Shown one piece after another: positions 38,210 through 50,585 of a stretch of DNA of 64,000 nt; position 1 is the first letter of the stretch, and each line of letters begins with the position of its first letter. The DNA comes from Cyanophora paradoxa CCMP329 (Eukaryota > Plantae > Glaucophyta), in contig QPMI01000183.1 in NCBI GenBank assembly GCA_004431415.1, forward strand, positions 107,758-171,757, read 5' to 3'. The notes beneath the pieces are model-generated. The model did no database searches, was not told the DNA's origin, and saw only the letters and a program-made list of their open reading frames with translations. The translations under genes were made by a program, and so were the position numbers.

Positions 38210-38550
38210 ATATCGATCCCTGCAGCTGCGCATGCGCATGCGGCCATGTACGGTGTATGCATATTCGACTCTCCGGACCCGAATTAAGCTTAAGGTAGGC
38301 ATGCGCATGTAGGCATGCGTAGGAATTAAGGCAGATCTATATTATAAAGCTAGCGCTATAGCTATATATATATATATATATATAGCTAGATCTAGCGCTA
38401 GCTAGCGCTAGCCTAGCTTATAGTAGCCTTCATATGCATCTATAGCTAGGCGCCCGGCCTAGGGTATGTGGAGCCATCATGGCATGCTTGCAATTGCGCA
38501 CTGCGGCATGCGCATGCATATGCGACTCGGCGAGCTCGAGACCTATAGCT
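38210..38550. repeat. Palindrome-saturated low-complexity spacer with (TA)n microsatellite
   Basis: Nested TAGCGCTA, TAGCTA, ATGCGCAT, GCATGC and AGATCT words around (TA)~10. Confidence 0.8.
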
Positions 38551-38686
38551 AGGGTCAACATTTGATTCAGTGAACCCGAGATCAAATTTGATCTAACGTA
38601 CCCCCCTTAAAGCTTTCTAAGCTAATTTGTGCTGTGGGCCCGGCGGCCGAGAAGTCGAGAAGCCGAGACTCTCCGGGGGTGTCTTC

Positions 38687-41600
38687 ATGCAGCGCCGCAT
38701 CGGCGTGCAGCGCAGCGTCGACGGCTCCTGAGCTCCGACTGGGCACAAGGAGCACGCGGGGAGCACGGCAGCCAGCCACGCTGGCTGTTAACGTTCGCAG
38801 CTAGTTTCTCGTGCTGTCTTCCCTGAGGACGGCTGCGGCCGCGAGGTTTGCGGGGACCCGTGCTGCGGCAGCGAGGTCCGCGGGGAGCCGCGATCTTCGC
38901 TGCTCAGTAGACCTCTGCCGGTGACAAGGCAAACAAGGCCATGGCGGCCCTCGCAGCGGCCCCGACTGCGATTCTACCGGCGCCTGCCACTCCCACCCCC
39001 TCCATCCCGCCCGGCGAAGGGAGATACTCTCAGAGTGCGCATGCGTTTTGAAAGCGGAGCCCTGCGCGCATTCCTGCGCGGCCGGCGCAGGCGAGCCCGA
39101 GCCAAAGAGCTGCTGACGGCGCTCGCAGTCCTCGGCCAGCGTGGGCTTCTGCGCGTTGTCGCAGCGACAGCAATCCAGAGTACGATCCGCTCCTGGAGGG
39201 CGAGGAAGGCACACAAGGATATCGCAGACAGGCAGCTGCAGAGGCTCGCCTTGGCGGCGACAGTTGTCCAGACGCTATGGCGCCGCTTAATATCAGCACG
39301 AGAGAGGAAGCAGCTCTACGACGCGCGTGAGGAGATTCGAAGAGCTGCGGCTGCTTTGAGGATAGGAGCAGCCGTGAGGATGCATCAGGCGAGACAGGTG
39401 TGTCGTCGTCCCCGAATGACGTCTACTCCCTCACACGTGCCCGCTGCCAAACGCAGCTCAGGAAAGCGATTAAGCGGCGGAAGGCGGCACTAAAGATCTG
39501 CGCGGTGATGAGGCGCCGCCTAGCGAGGAGGGTGCGGTCGAGCTCAGTGCAGCGGCCGCTGCGGGCCTGACCGGCTCTGTGCGCGAGTGCAGAAGCGGAA
39601 GCTCTTCCGACAGCGTGCGAAAGAGCGGGAGACGAAGAAGCTGACACTGCAGAAAGCGAGGCTGGTGCAGGCCGTCACGAGGCGCTGGCTGGCCCGCAAG
39701 TGGCTCCTCTTCTGCAAGTCTGAGAACGGGCGCCTCACGAACTTCTGCTATGAGGTGGGAAGCGCTCCCCGGAGGGCTCCGGGCGCTGGGCGCTCAGGGG
39801 GCGCGGGGCGGGCAGGCGAGCGACCACCACGTGGAGGTGATGCAGGAGCTGCACGACAAGCATTCGGACAACCTGCACGCGGAGGCGGACCGGCACGCGG
39901 ACGAGCTGCGGCGGGTGGCCCACGCGAGCGAGCGGGCGGTGGCCTCGCGCAGGCACCTCGAGGCCGTACAGGCCGAGATGGAGCGACACGCGCGCGCCGC
40001 CGCCGCCGAGATCGAGCGCTACCGCGAGGGTGCGCGCCGCCGCCGCGGGGGGCGGCCCCTGCAGCTGCGCGCGGCGGGCGGCGACGCCCCGCGCAGCCGT
40101 GCAGGCCGCCGAGCAGCGGTACATGGAGGCCACCTCCGAGACCCCCAAGTACGCCCTCGGCGGCAAGGCGCGCCCTGCAGCCCCGCTTGCGCCGCTCCGC
40201 GCCCGCCCCGCCAATGCCGCGCGCCGCAGGGCTTCGGGCGCTGGAGGGTGCACTCGCAGGAGGGTGCGCGCTGTCGCGCCCGGCCCGCTTCCCCCGCCGA
40301 AACGGGCCGGCCGCAGACGTGGAGCAGGCGGCGAAGATGCTGCAGGCGTACTGCCGAGGCCTCATGCTCCGCGTCGCTTTCCTCCGATACAGGTCCGCCC
40401 CCGCCGCGGCGCCCCGTCGCTCGCGAAGGCCGAGCCGACCGACCGCGCGGTCGCGCAGGGGTGCGAAGCTGATGCAGTGCGCGGGGCGGCGGTTCCTGGC
40501 CCGGCGCCGGCGGGCGCTGCTCGTACGCTACAAAAAGAACGCCGCCGGTGCGACGGGGCCCGGCGCGAGCCCGCCGTCGGACTGATGAGCGCCCGCCCGC
40601 CCGCAGTTTTCGACTCGGCCATCTACATCCAGGCTGCCTTTCGGATGTGGCGACTTCGTCACCCTTTTGCACGCTACCGTCGAGAGCGGCGGGCGCGGGC
40701 AGCCCTCGTCGTCCAGATCTGGTGGCGGTGCGTGGCGAAGACTGGCACCCGCCCTGTGAGTCCCGCCCCGTTAACGCCCGCGCACAGGTACACGTGCAAG
40801 AGGTCCCTGCTGCAGCACGGCCTCGCGCTGCGGATGCAGAGGATGCGGAATCGCGCCGCCGTGTGCATCCAGGTGCCGCGCAGGCCCTCGAAAAGAAGGG
40901 GCGCCCCCTCACTTGCGCCGGTAGTGCTTCTATCGGGCTCGGAACCAGCGGACCTCGACGTGGTGCGCGGGGCGGGTGCGCGGCGCTCAGGTGGGCGGCG
41001 GGGCGAGCGGGCGGGGGCCGGCAGGCTGCTGGTCATCCAGGAGGGCATCAAGCGGCAGCGCGAGGTCGTCAAGCGGAACGCGACCATCAAGGCGCGCCGC
41101 TCCCCGGCCCCGCGGACCGCGCGGCCCGCGCCGCGCTCGCGAGCAGGCCGCGCAGATCCAGGCCGCCGTGCGGAGGCGCAAGGCGCGGCGCATCTACGCA
41201 GGAATGCTGCGGGCCCGCGAGGCCGAGATCGCGAAAATGATGGCGCGCGCGCCAGCGGGCGCCGCGGGGCGGTGCGGGGCAAGCGCGGCTGAGAGGGCGC
41301 CTCACGCAGGCGGACCTCATCGGGTCGCAAGTGGAGAGCGTCAAGGAGGTGACCCTCGAGGTGCGCGCACGCCGCCCGCCGCTCCGGGGGGCTCCGGGCC
41401 CCACACGGGGGGCGGGGGCAGCACATCTGGCTGGAGCACCAGCAGCCGTCAAAGGACGAGGCGATCTTCGGGGCAGTGGAGGACCTGGTGCGTGGCCGGC
41501 CGCGCCGCGGCGGGCGTGCGGGGGGCGAGCGGGGGCGGCAGTGGGCGGTAAACCGCTTCTCGGAGGGCCTCGCGGTGCTCGAGGAGGCCCACCACCGCCT

Positions 41601-43606
41601 CGCCGCCGTCGGTCCGCCCCCGCCCCGCACCCCGCCTCCTCGGGGCGTCAAAAGGCGGCTGGGAGAAGGGAGCGCGGCCGACCTAGTGAAGGGAATCGGG
41701 GATGATTCGAGAGGGCGCCGTGCCTCGCGTGCTGTGGCGGGGGGCGTGACGGGCGTGGCGGCAGCGCACGTGGACGAGCAGGCGCGGCAGGAGGGGCGCG
41801 AGGTCTCCCGCGCCCTCGTCCTCACCTACGCCGCCCTCATCCACCGCCTCGTCAACGACGGCGCGCCCGCCCCGCCCCCTCCACCACCACCCCCGCCGCC
41901 CCTCATGGCGCCGCGCGGAAGCAGACCTGCCGCAGAAGGCGGTGGAGCACCTGCTGACGGTGGTGTCGCGGGAGGAGCCGTGGCCCCTCAACACGGCTGC
42001 GGGGCGCATCGCGCGCAAGGCGATCGACCTGACGCGGAGCGGGGCGGACCTGCCGGACCGCCTCGACCTGCGCACCGTGGCGATGGACGCCGCCGCCTCG
42101 TTCCTCCTCTCGCGGGGCCAGGCGGCGCGGGCGCTCGAGTACGCCACGAAGGCGATCCGGTGCTGCGTGCCGGGGGCCAACCCGCGGGGGCCCACGACGC
42201 TCTCGTCGACGGTGCTGCTCATCCGGGCGGCGGCGATCGCCTCGCGGGTCGGGCGGCACCAGGAGTCCCAGGAGCTCCTCGCACAGGCCATCGACAGCTT
42301 CACTCCCGAGGCCCAGACCCGCTCCCTCCGCACCGCCGTCCGCCCCCCGGGGCCCCGCCTCGTCATCTTGCCGCCCTTCCCCGACTCTCCCCCCGCAGAT
42401 CGACTTCCGCGCCCAGGCGCACTGGAGCCAGGCGACGGGGGCCCTCGCGGTGCGCGCCTCTCCGGCGCCGCCGCCCGGGGCCTCCGCCAATTCTGGGCCG
42501 CAGCTCTCGTACGACCTATCGGAGCCGCCGGCGGGGAGCGCCAACAAGTGGCTCCTCGCCGTCTGCCACCAAAATTGCGCCGTCGAGCTCATCGCTCTCG
42601 GCCAGAACCGCAAGGCGCAGCAAGTCTGCCAGGTGCCGCGCCCGCCCCCGCTTGCGACGCCGGGGCGGCGCGGGGCGTGACGGGGGCCGGGGCGGGCTAT
42701 GCAGGACGCGGTGCGGCTGGTGTCGAACATGCCGACGTCGCACCCGTGGCTCATGGCGGTGCACAAGACGCACCTCGTAGCGCGGCACAACATCTTCGCG
42801 GACCTCCACGACGACGACCCGCCGCCGCGCTCGCCCAAGCCGGCCCCTTCGCCCCGCGTCAACTGGGATGGCCCCGCCGGCCTCATGCCCAAGTTCCCCC
42901 CGCCGCGCTCGAGGCCCGCCGCCTCGGTCGGCGCCTCCTCCTCGGGGGCCCTCGCAGTGCCGTCCGACCCGCGCGAGCGCCGTCCCTCCATCCTCATGAA
43001 GCTCGCCCTCGCCTCCGCGCCCTCCTCCCACATGATGTCCTTCCAGTACAAGGTGCGCGCCCCCGCCCGCCCGCCATCCCCCCGAGCCCCTCCTCCTCCT
43101 AAGCAGCCCGCGCAGCGGCCCCCTGCGCCCACCCCCCAGCAGACGGCGCAGCAGCACGCGTTTATATTGCAGCATTTGCAGGCGATGCAGGAGGTGCGGT
43201 CCGATCCGAAACGCCGCCGGCAATCCGAAACGCCGCCGGCCACCTGCCTTTTCTCACCCCAGCGCTGCAGCAGGGGTCTTCTGGACCGCCGGGGCAGGGG
43301 GGGCTGAAAGGCAGTTTCAAAGGGGGGCAGTCGGCGCCGGCGAGTGCCGTCCTGGCGAGCGCTGTTCTCCAGCATGGGCCAAACAGCGTCGGCGGCTGGG
43401 CGGGGCAGTCGGGCGGGACCCTGCCATCGGCCTCCCTGCAGCCACAAGGGCCAGGCCTGCGGGCGTCGTCGTCTGCCCGCGTGGTCGGCCCCAGGAAACT
43501 GGACCCCATTCCCGCAGCCGCGGGGGTTCGGTTCCCGCAGCCGCGCGCTTCACCCGCGAAGGCGGCTCCCGTCCTTCATCGCCCAAAATCTTCCCCGTAC
43601 CTGTGA
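38687..43606 (+). CDS. Multi-IQ-motif (calmodulin-binding) protein; both ends tentative
   Basis: AATAIQSTIRSWRARK, AATVVQTLWRR, LVQAVTRRWLARK, AAKMLQAYCRG, SAIYIQAAFRMWRLR, AAQIQAAVRRRKARR; TPR-like AVCHQNCAVEL near the C-terminus. Confidence 0.7.
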
Positions 43607-44134
43607 CTTTTGCGCCCCGCCTAGTGCGAAATTAGTACGATCTTGGTCTTTCTTTCACTCTAGTTGGTCTATAGTGCCAAGTTGTGATGTATTCGGGTTG
43701 TCTTGAACTTATTTATTATACCGATTCTCGAAGATCATGCCGCATGCGCGCGCAGTGCACGTGCATGCGCAATTGTTTATGTTCGATCAAATTTCATGCG
43801 CCGACTCCTTCCCCCCGCCCCATTTCACTGCGTACCCCCACGTGCAGCGCCGCTACCTCGAGGCCACTACTGAGTCAAGCGCAGCGCAGCTGCCTCTCTC
43901 GACCCGACGTTCTGACGCGTACGGAACGGAGGCAGCTCTTTCTACACGCTCCGCACGAAGCACATTGCTCAGCAGGAGGAGCCTGCGATCGACGTTCAGG
44001 ATATCGCCGCTGCTGCCGCGGGTTTTCGAGTCAGAACGCGGCCGGGCCCGACTAACCCGGCCGCGCGCCGGCGCCGGAGTGTCAGAGCGCCAATATCAGA
44101 AGCAGAAGGAAAGGCCGCAATTGCAGCGCATTAA

Positions 44135-47100
44135 ATGACGTTGCTGCACACGCGGCCTGTGAGCTTCGACTCGACATGGGCCAAGGTGGAAGGGGCGGTC
44201 TTCGGCGTGGACCTCGCTCGGGGTCGCGGGCTGTCCCAGAGCGATTGGATGCGCATGTATGGTGACGTATACAAGCTCTGCACCAGCCCAGGGAAGCCGG
44301 ACGCCGTCTTTTTCCGGTTGAAGCACGCCCTACAACAGCACGTCCAAGGCATCCAGCGCGTGCGCAAGCGCCAAGCTGTCCTGCGGCGCTTGATCGCTGG
44401 AGTACGTTCCGATCTCGATCGCAGAGCCTGCACGTCGGGGGGGGCGAACTCATCGACGAGTACCTACAGCGCTGGAACGAGTTCGCAGACGTCTGGGGCT
44501 CCCTGCAGCACCTGTTCTCGTACCTCGATCGATACTGGATTCGGTCCGCCTGAGAGCTCCGCTGCGCTGCTGCCCATCGCTGAGCGGCTTGCCCGCAGGC
44601 AAAACACGGACGACATGGCGCCCGAGCCGCCGTCCGCGGGCGGCATCTGCCCCGTGCACGGCCTGGCGATGAGCACCTGGAAGGAATCGCTCTTTGACAA
44701 GGTCAAGGGCCATCTTTTCAAGCGGGCGATGGAGCTCATCGGCCGCGACCGGCGCGGTGAAGCGGTGAACCTCTCCTGCGTGCGGGCCCTCGTCGACTCG
44801 TACGGTGCGCCGCGCCCTACGCACCCGACTCGTCTGCGCGGTGCAAGCGCCCCAATCGCTACTTGTAAGCGCCCCTCCGGCCGGCGCAGTCAATCTGGGG
44901 ACGTTCGTCGGTGCGGGCCTCGGGGTGTACAGGGAGGACCTGGAGCGTGGGTTCCTGGAGGAGACTCGCGCCTGGTACCTCTCCGAGTCGCAGCGGGTCC
45001 TCTCCTCCGCCTCCGTCGATGAGTATGTGCTCCGGGTGCGCCCCCGCCTCCGCCGCGCCCCCCCGCGCGCCCCCGGGGAGCCGCGCCGCAGGCGGAGGAG
45101 TGGCTCCAGCGGGAGGAGCGGCGCGCGCAACTGGTGCTGGACGCGAGCAGCCAGCTGGAGGTCAAGCGCGCGTGCGAGCAGGGGCTGATCACGCCCCACA
45201 AGGTGCCCGGCGCGCGCGGCGCGGTCTCTCGGCGCCACGCACAGGGCGGCACCGCAGGAGATCATCTACGGCGAGGCGGACCGGCTCCTCGAGGAGAACC
45301 GCGTGGCCGGTGCCCCCGCGCGCCGCCGCCCCCGCGGGAGCGCCGCGCGAAAGCGGCGGCGCAGAGCTGCGGAAGCTGTTCCTGGTGCTGGGGCGGACGG
45401 AGAAGGGGCTGGGGCCGCTGCAGGACTCGCTGCGGCGCTTCGTCGAGGTGCGGGGCAGGGATGCGCTCCAGTCCCTCGACCAGGCCGCCACCAAGGTCCC
45501 CCCGCCCCGCCCCCGCCCCGCCGCCCCGCCGGAGCAAGCGGGGCGGGGGGGCCGCAGGACGCGTGGCGCTTTATCGAGGTCGTGTGGGGGGTCTACGAGG
45601 AGGCGGCCGGCCTCGTCCGCGCCGCGTTCGACAACGAGGCCCAGTTCGTCGCCGCCCTCGACCAGGCCCGCCCGCCCGCCCGCCGCCGCCGCCGCCGCTG
45701 CCGACGCGGCGGGGCGGGGCGGGCGGGGGCGCAGGCGTGCAGGAAGTGGATCAACGGGAGCGCCAAGTCGGCGGAGATGCTGGCGAGGTACGTGCACGGG
45801 GCGCTGGAGCGGGGCGGGTGCGACGAGGCGGCTGTGGAGCGCGCCCTCCGCGTCGTCGCCGTCCTCTTCCGCTACATCGAGCGCAAGGACACCTTCGAGC
45901 GGCGCGCCCCCGCTCCCCCCGCCCCCCCTCACCCACCCTCCCCTCACGCCCCGCCCGCCCGCAGCTTCTACGCCCAGTTCCTCGCCCGCCGCCTCGTGCA
46001 CGCCTCGTCCGCCTCGGAGGAGGCCGAGGAGGCCGTCCTGAAAACCCTCGGGGTGCGCGCAGCGCCGCGGGGGCGCACGGGGCGGGGCGGGCTGAGAGGG
46101 CGGGGGGGGCAGCACATCTGCGGGTTAGAGTACACGCAGAAGCTGCAGCGGATGCTGATGGACAAGTCGATCTCGCGCGACCTCTGCGCCCGCTTCGGCG
46201 CCTGGCACGCGGGCCACGCGCAGGCGGGGCCCGGCACGCACACGCCCGACTTCGGCGTGCTGGTGCTCACGGCGGGGGCGTGGCCCCTGGAGGCCCACCC
46301 GGGGGCGTGCGCCCTGCCCCTCGAGCTCGCCGGCTTTGTCGGCCGCTTCACGGACTGGTACAGCCAGCAGCACTCGGGCCGCAAGCTCACATGGCGCGCC
46401 CCACCGCCCGCCACCCCCGCCCCGCCCCGCCCCGCCCGAGCGCCGCGCAGGGTGCACCACATCTCGCGCGCCGAGCTCCTCTGCTGCTTCACGCCCGTCA
46501 AGTGCGCCGCCGGCCCGCGCGGCGTCCGCGCCGGGGGCGAGAGCGAGGGGGCGGGGGGCCGGGCGGGGGCCAGGTACGAGCTGCAAGTGAGCCTGCACCA
46601 GCTGGCCGTGCTGCTCTGCTTCAACCGGGCGGGCTGGGCGGCCGTCCCCGCCGGGGAGCTCGCCGCCGAGACGTCCCTCAGCGAGGCCGACCTCAAGCGC
46701 GCCCTCCAGGCCCGCAGCCCCGGCCCCCGGCCCCGCCCCGCCGCCCCGGCCCCCGCCGCCTCCGACGGGGCGCAGGGCCTGCTGAAGTCGCGGCTGCTGC
46801 TGGCGGAGGGGGCCGGCGCGGAGGCCGACCTCCCCGCCGCCCTCGCCCTCAACCGCTCCTTCTCCTCGCGCGCCCCGCGCCCGCCCGCCACCCGCAGCGC
46901 CGGCTGAGGGGCGGCGCGCAGGAAGCGGCCGAAGGTGCGGCTCTCGGGCTCGGCGGTGCACTCGGAGGCGCAGGAGAGCGAGAGCGTCCACAAGGTGCCG
47001 CCCGCCGCGCGGGCGGGGCGGGGCGGGGCGTGGCGAGCGGGGCGGGGGCGGGGGCAGGCGGTGGAGGAGGACCGGCGGATGGGGGTGCAGGCGGCGCTGG

Positions 47101-47360
47101 TGCGGGTGATCAAGGCGCGCAAGGAGCTCGGCCACGCCGAGCTCCTCAGCGAGACCGTCGCCCTCCTCGCCCCCGCTTCCACGTCCGCCCCGCCCCGCCC
47201 CCGCCCCGCCCCCGCCCCCGGCGGCGCCTGCTCGGCGCGAGGGGCGGGGCCGGCGCAGGCGCGGGCGGCGGACGTGAAGGCGAGCATCGACATCCTCATC
47301 GAGAAGGAGTACATCGCCCGCGTCGAGGGCAACATGAACCGCTACGCCTACGTCGCCTGA
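44135..47360 (+). CDS. Cullin (CUL1/CUL2 type)
   Basis: FDSTWAKV..WMRMYGDVYKLC, HLFSYLDRYWI, LFRYIERKDTFERFYAQFLARRL, CGLEYTQKLQRM, HSGRKLTW, neddylation region EDRRMGVQAALVRVIKARK..LIEKEYIAR..YAYVA*. Confidence 0.93.
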
Positions 47361-47656
47361 CCGGCCCCCCGCCCTTTCTTTCCGTCTGCTTCACGTTTGC
47401 TTCGCTGGGGAGGGGGGTTGTAGAGTGCGTACGGGGCTGGGCTGCACAGGGGGAGCTTCGTTGGTGTTTCTATCTATCTATCTTTGATTTTCGCGGCACC
47501 GCGCCGTGCTATAGCTAGAGCGACAGGAAGCTGTCAACGCCGTAGGACAGGAAGTGTATTCTGTTCTTCTGACTTTCATACATGCAGTGTTCCGCGTATC
47601 CATTCGGATGCATATGCATGCCAGCGGCGGCCAGAGTCATACGGGGGGCTCCTAGG

Positions 47657-50328
47657 CTACGGAGGAGGCGGGCCGGGGCTGGGGCCGGCGCGGCGGCGGG
47701 CGAGCTCGAGGGCGGCGTCGTAGCGGGGCCGGAGGGGGTGCCAGGGCTGGAGGAAGGCGAAGAGCGGGTTGCCCTTCTCCCGCTCCCGCACCGTCGCCTC
47801 GAGCTGCGGGCTGCTAGCATTAGACGCATTTTAGATGCTAGCGCGTCGCATTTAGATGCATTTAGATGCATTTAAAATACGTTTCCATGCTTTATCTTGC
47901 ATTCAGCGCGAACCAGCTCGCGCACGCCGACGCCAGCTTCTCCATCACCTCCTCCCGCTCCCCGCCCGCACCCCCCGCCCCGCCCCCCACGCCCCCCGCC
48001 GCCGCCGCTGGGAAGGGCGCCGATGGGGGCGGGAAGTGGGCCGCGGGGGGCGCGAATGCAGCAGGAGGGGGCGGAAAGGGGGCCGGAGGGGGCGGAAGGG
48101 GCGCGGAAACGGGGGGGAAGGGGCCCGGCACGGGCGGGAAGGGGCCCGAGGCGGGGGGGAAGGGGCCCGAAAAGGGCGGGAAGGGGGCGAGGCCAGGGTG
48201 GTGGAAAGGCCCCGGAGGCGGGTGGCTGTACGGGGGCAGCAGGTGGGGAGGGGGAGGCATCCCGGGCGGCATCCCGGGCGGCAGCATGGGGAGGTGGCCA
48301 GGGGGCCAGCCGTGGGGCGGGGCGGGGGCGGGAGGCGCGGCGGGGGCGCGCTGCCGCTTCGCCTTCTTCGGCTTCGCGGGCTCCGGGGCGGCGAAGAGCG
48401 AGCGCTGCGCGGCGCGGGGCGTCAGGCCGGCCAGCAGCGAGGAGCGCGCGGGCCCGTCTCGCCTGGAAGAGCCGCGGGGCGCCGCTGAGCGCCGCGGCGG
48501 CCGCTTCCAGCGCCCACTCCGACGGCGGCGGCGCCTCGGCCGTCTCGGGCCCCGCCTTCTCCGCCGCCGCCCCCGCTGCCGCCGCCTCCTCTTCGTCCTC
48601 CTCCTCCTCCTCCTCCTCCTCGCCGCCGTCCTCGCCGTAGGCCGAGAGGAGGGCAGTGAGGGCGACGCCGCCCCGCACCGTCCCCGCCGCCGCCCGCGGC
48701 TCCGGCGACGACGGCGAGGCCCGCGCCGCCGGGCTCGCCCTGGCGCCCAAGGCATCCGGAGGGCCGGCGGCGCCGGCCTGGGGCTCGGCTGCCTCGGGAG
48801 ACCGGGGTCCCCCGCGTCCTCCGCACGGGCCGCGGGGCCCGCGGCGGGGGCGTCCCCCGCGGCCCCCGCCGGCTCCGACGGCGCGGCGGGGGCGACCGAG
48901 ACGCCGGGGGCCTCCGAGGAGGAGGATTCGGGGCCGGGGCGGGGCCGGCGCGGGGGTGGAGCCGCTGGGCGCCGAGGGCGGGGCGAGGGAGCGGGCGAAT
49001 CGGAGGGCGTGGTGGAGCGGGTTCGGGGGCAGCTCCTGCGCGGCGAGGCGGAGTCGGCGGGCGGCACGGGGGCGCGCTCGGGGGGCGGGGCGCGGGGACC
49101 TTGGCGCCGGTGGCGGCGTCGAGGAGGAGGGCGAAGTAGGCGTGGAGGGGGCTCTCGGGCCAGAGGAAGGCGAGCCGGCCGCCCCGCTCCTGCTTCGCCC
49201 GCAGCAGCTCCGCCGCCGCCCCCGCGCCCCCGCTCGAGCCCGCCAGGAACTGCGCCGTCCGCTCCATCACCGCCTGCTCCCGCTCGCTCCCGGGCTGCCC
49301 CCGCCCCCGCCCCGCTCAGCCGGCCCCGCCCGGGCTGGCGCTGCGCGTCCACCGGCGCACCAGCTGAATCCCCTCGGGCACCAGGTACGGCACGAACGGC
49401 GGCGGCGCGGCATGCTTCGCCCCCTCGGTCGCCCCCGCGCTGGCCTGCTGAGCCTCTCCCGCTGCGGACCCGCCCTCTTCCTTCGCCGCCGGCGCCGCCT
49501 CCTCGCCCTCGCCGCCGGCGGCGGCGTCGCCGGGGGTGGAGGAGCGGGCGGCGTCGGTCACCCAGGGCGGGGGCGGCTTCTCCGGCGGCCCGGGGGCCTG
49601 CTCCTGCGCCTCCTCGCCCGCCGCGTCGCCATCCTCGTAAGAGAAGCCGATGGCGTGGAAAGCATTCTCGTCTTTCAGCGCGCGTCGCTTCTTCTCAGCC
49701 TCCTCTGCAGTCGGCCGGTCAGCCGGGTCGCAGGACGCCCCGGCCCCTTGATGCTAGGCGCGAGCTGGAAACCAACCCGTGCCGGGTCCAACGATACAGT
49801 CGAGCCCGTCCTTCATGGATTGAGAAGCGAGTGGCGGTGCTCGCTCGAGCCCGACGCGGCTAGATCGGGGCGGGTTGAAGACGCACCGAGCCCCTCGAGT
49901 TCCTCCTGCTCTATTCGTTCGGCCTCCAGCGCCTCGGGGTCGATGTCCCGATACCTTTCCTCGTCGAGCTGCGCCTCCAGCGCCTCCTCCTCGGCGCTCG
50001 GCTTGTACGCGCGGCGCGATTTCATCTTCGCGAACCTGCGCCGCGCGTCAGCGGTGCAACCTGCGCGGCGCGTCTGAGGCGCTGCGCACCCGAGCGAATC
50101 ACTCAGAAGGTTCCTGACGTCGTAGCGGTCGAGCATGAGGTCCTCCTCGCCATTCCAGCGCAGCAGGTGGCGCTCTTCGTGGAGGTACGCGGCAGTCTCG
50201 TCGTCGCGGAAGATGCGCGATCCGTACCCGACGACTTCCAGCGCGAGACTCGCATCCTCCTGCTCGCGCCCCCGCTTGCCAAGCCGCGCAGGCGGGTCGC
50301 GCGGTTCGAACAGGTTTAGGAATGACAT
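47657..50328 (-). CDS. SFSWAP: Suppressor-of-white-apricot splicing regulator (DRY_EERY plus SURP domains)
   Basis: VVGYGSRIFRDDETA..LDRYDVRNLL, LDEERYRD; SURP1 MERTAQFL..LRAKQ..FL.P.SPLHAYF; SURP2 PQLEATVREREKGNPLFAFLQPWHP. Confidence 0.87.
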
Positions 50329-50585
50329 CACGGTTCGACTCTCATGGGGCAGATGCGATCTAGATGCCACGGGCGGCTTCAGTCAGACAAACCGGCCAGA
50401 ATCGCGTGTACCCCGCCAACACAAACACCGAAACTCGCCCCGCTAGCTGCCGGCATACCGAGCCCTCGGAGCAGTAGAGCTTTGCATTTGGAAGTCTGTG
50501 AAGAAGGCTAGTCTATCTGGTCTGCGTACGGCGAACTGAGTGCGGCGAACTTCGTCTTGCGGCGTTAGCTAAGCGCTATCCGAGG

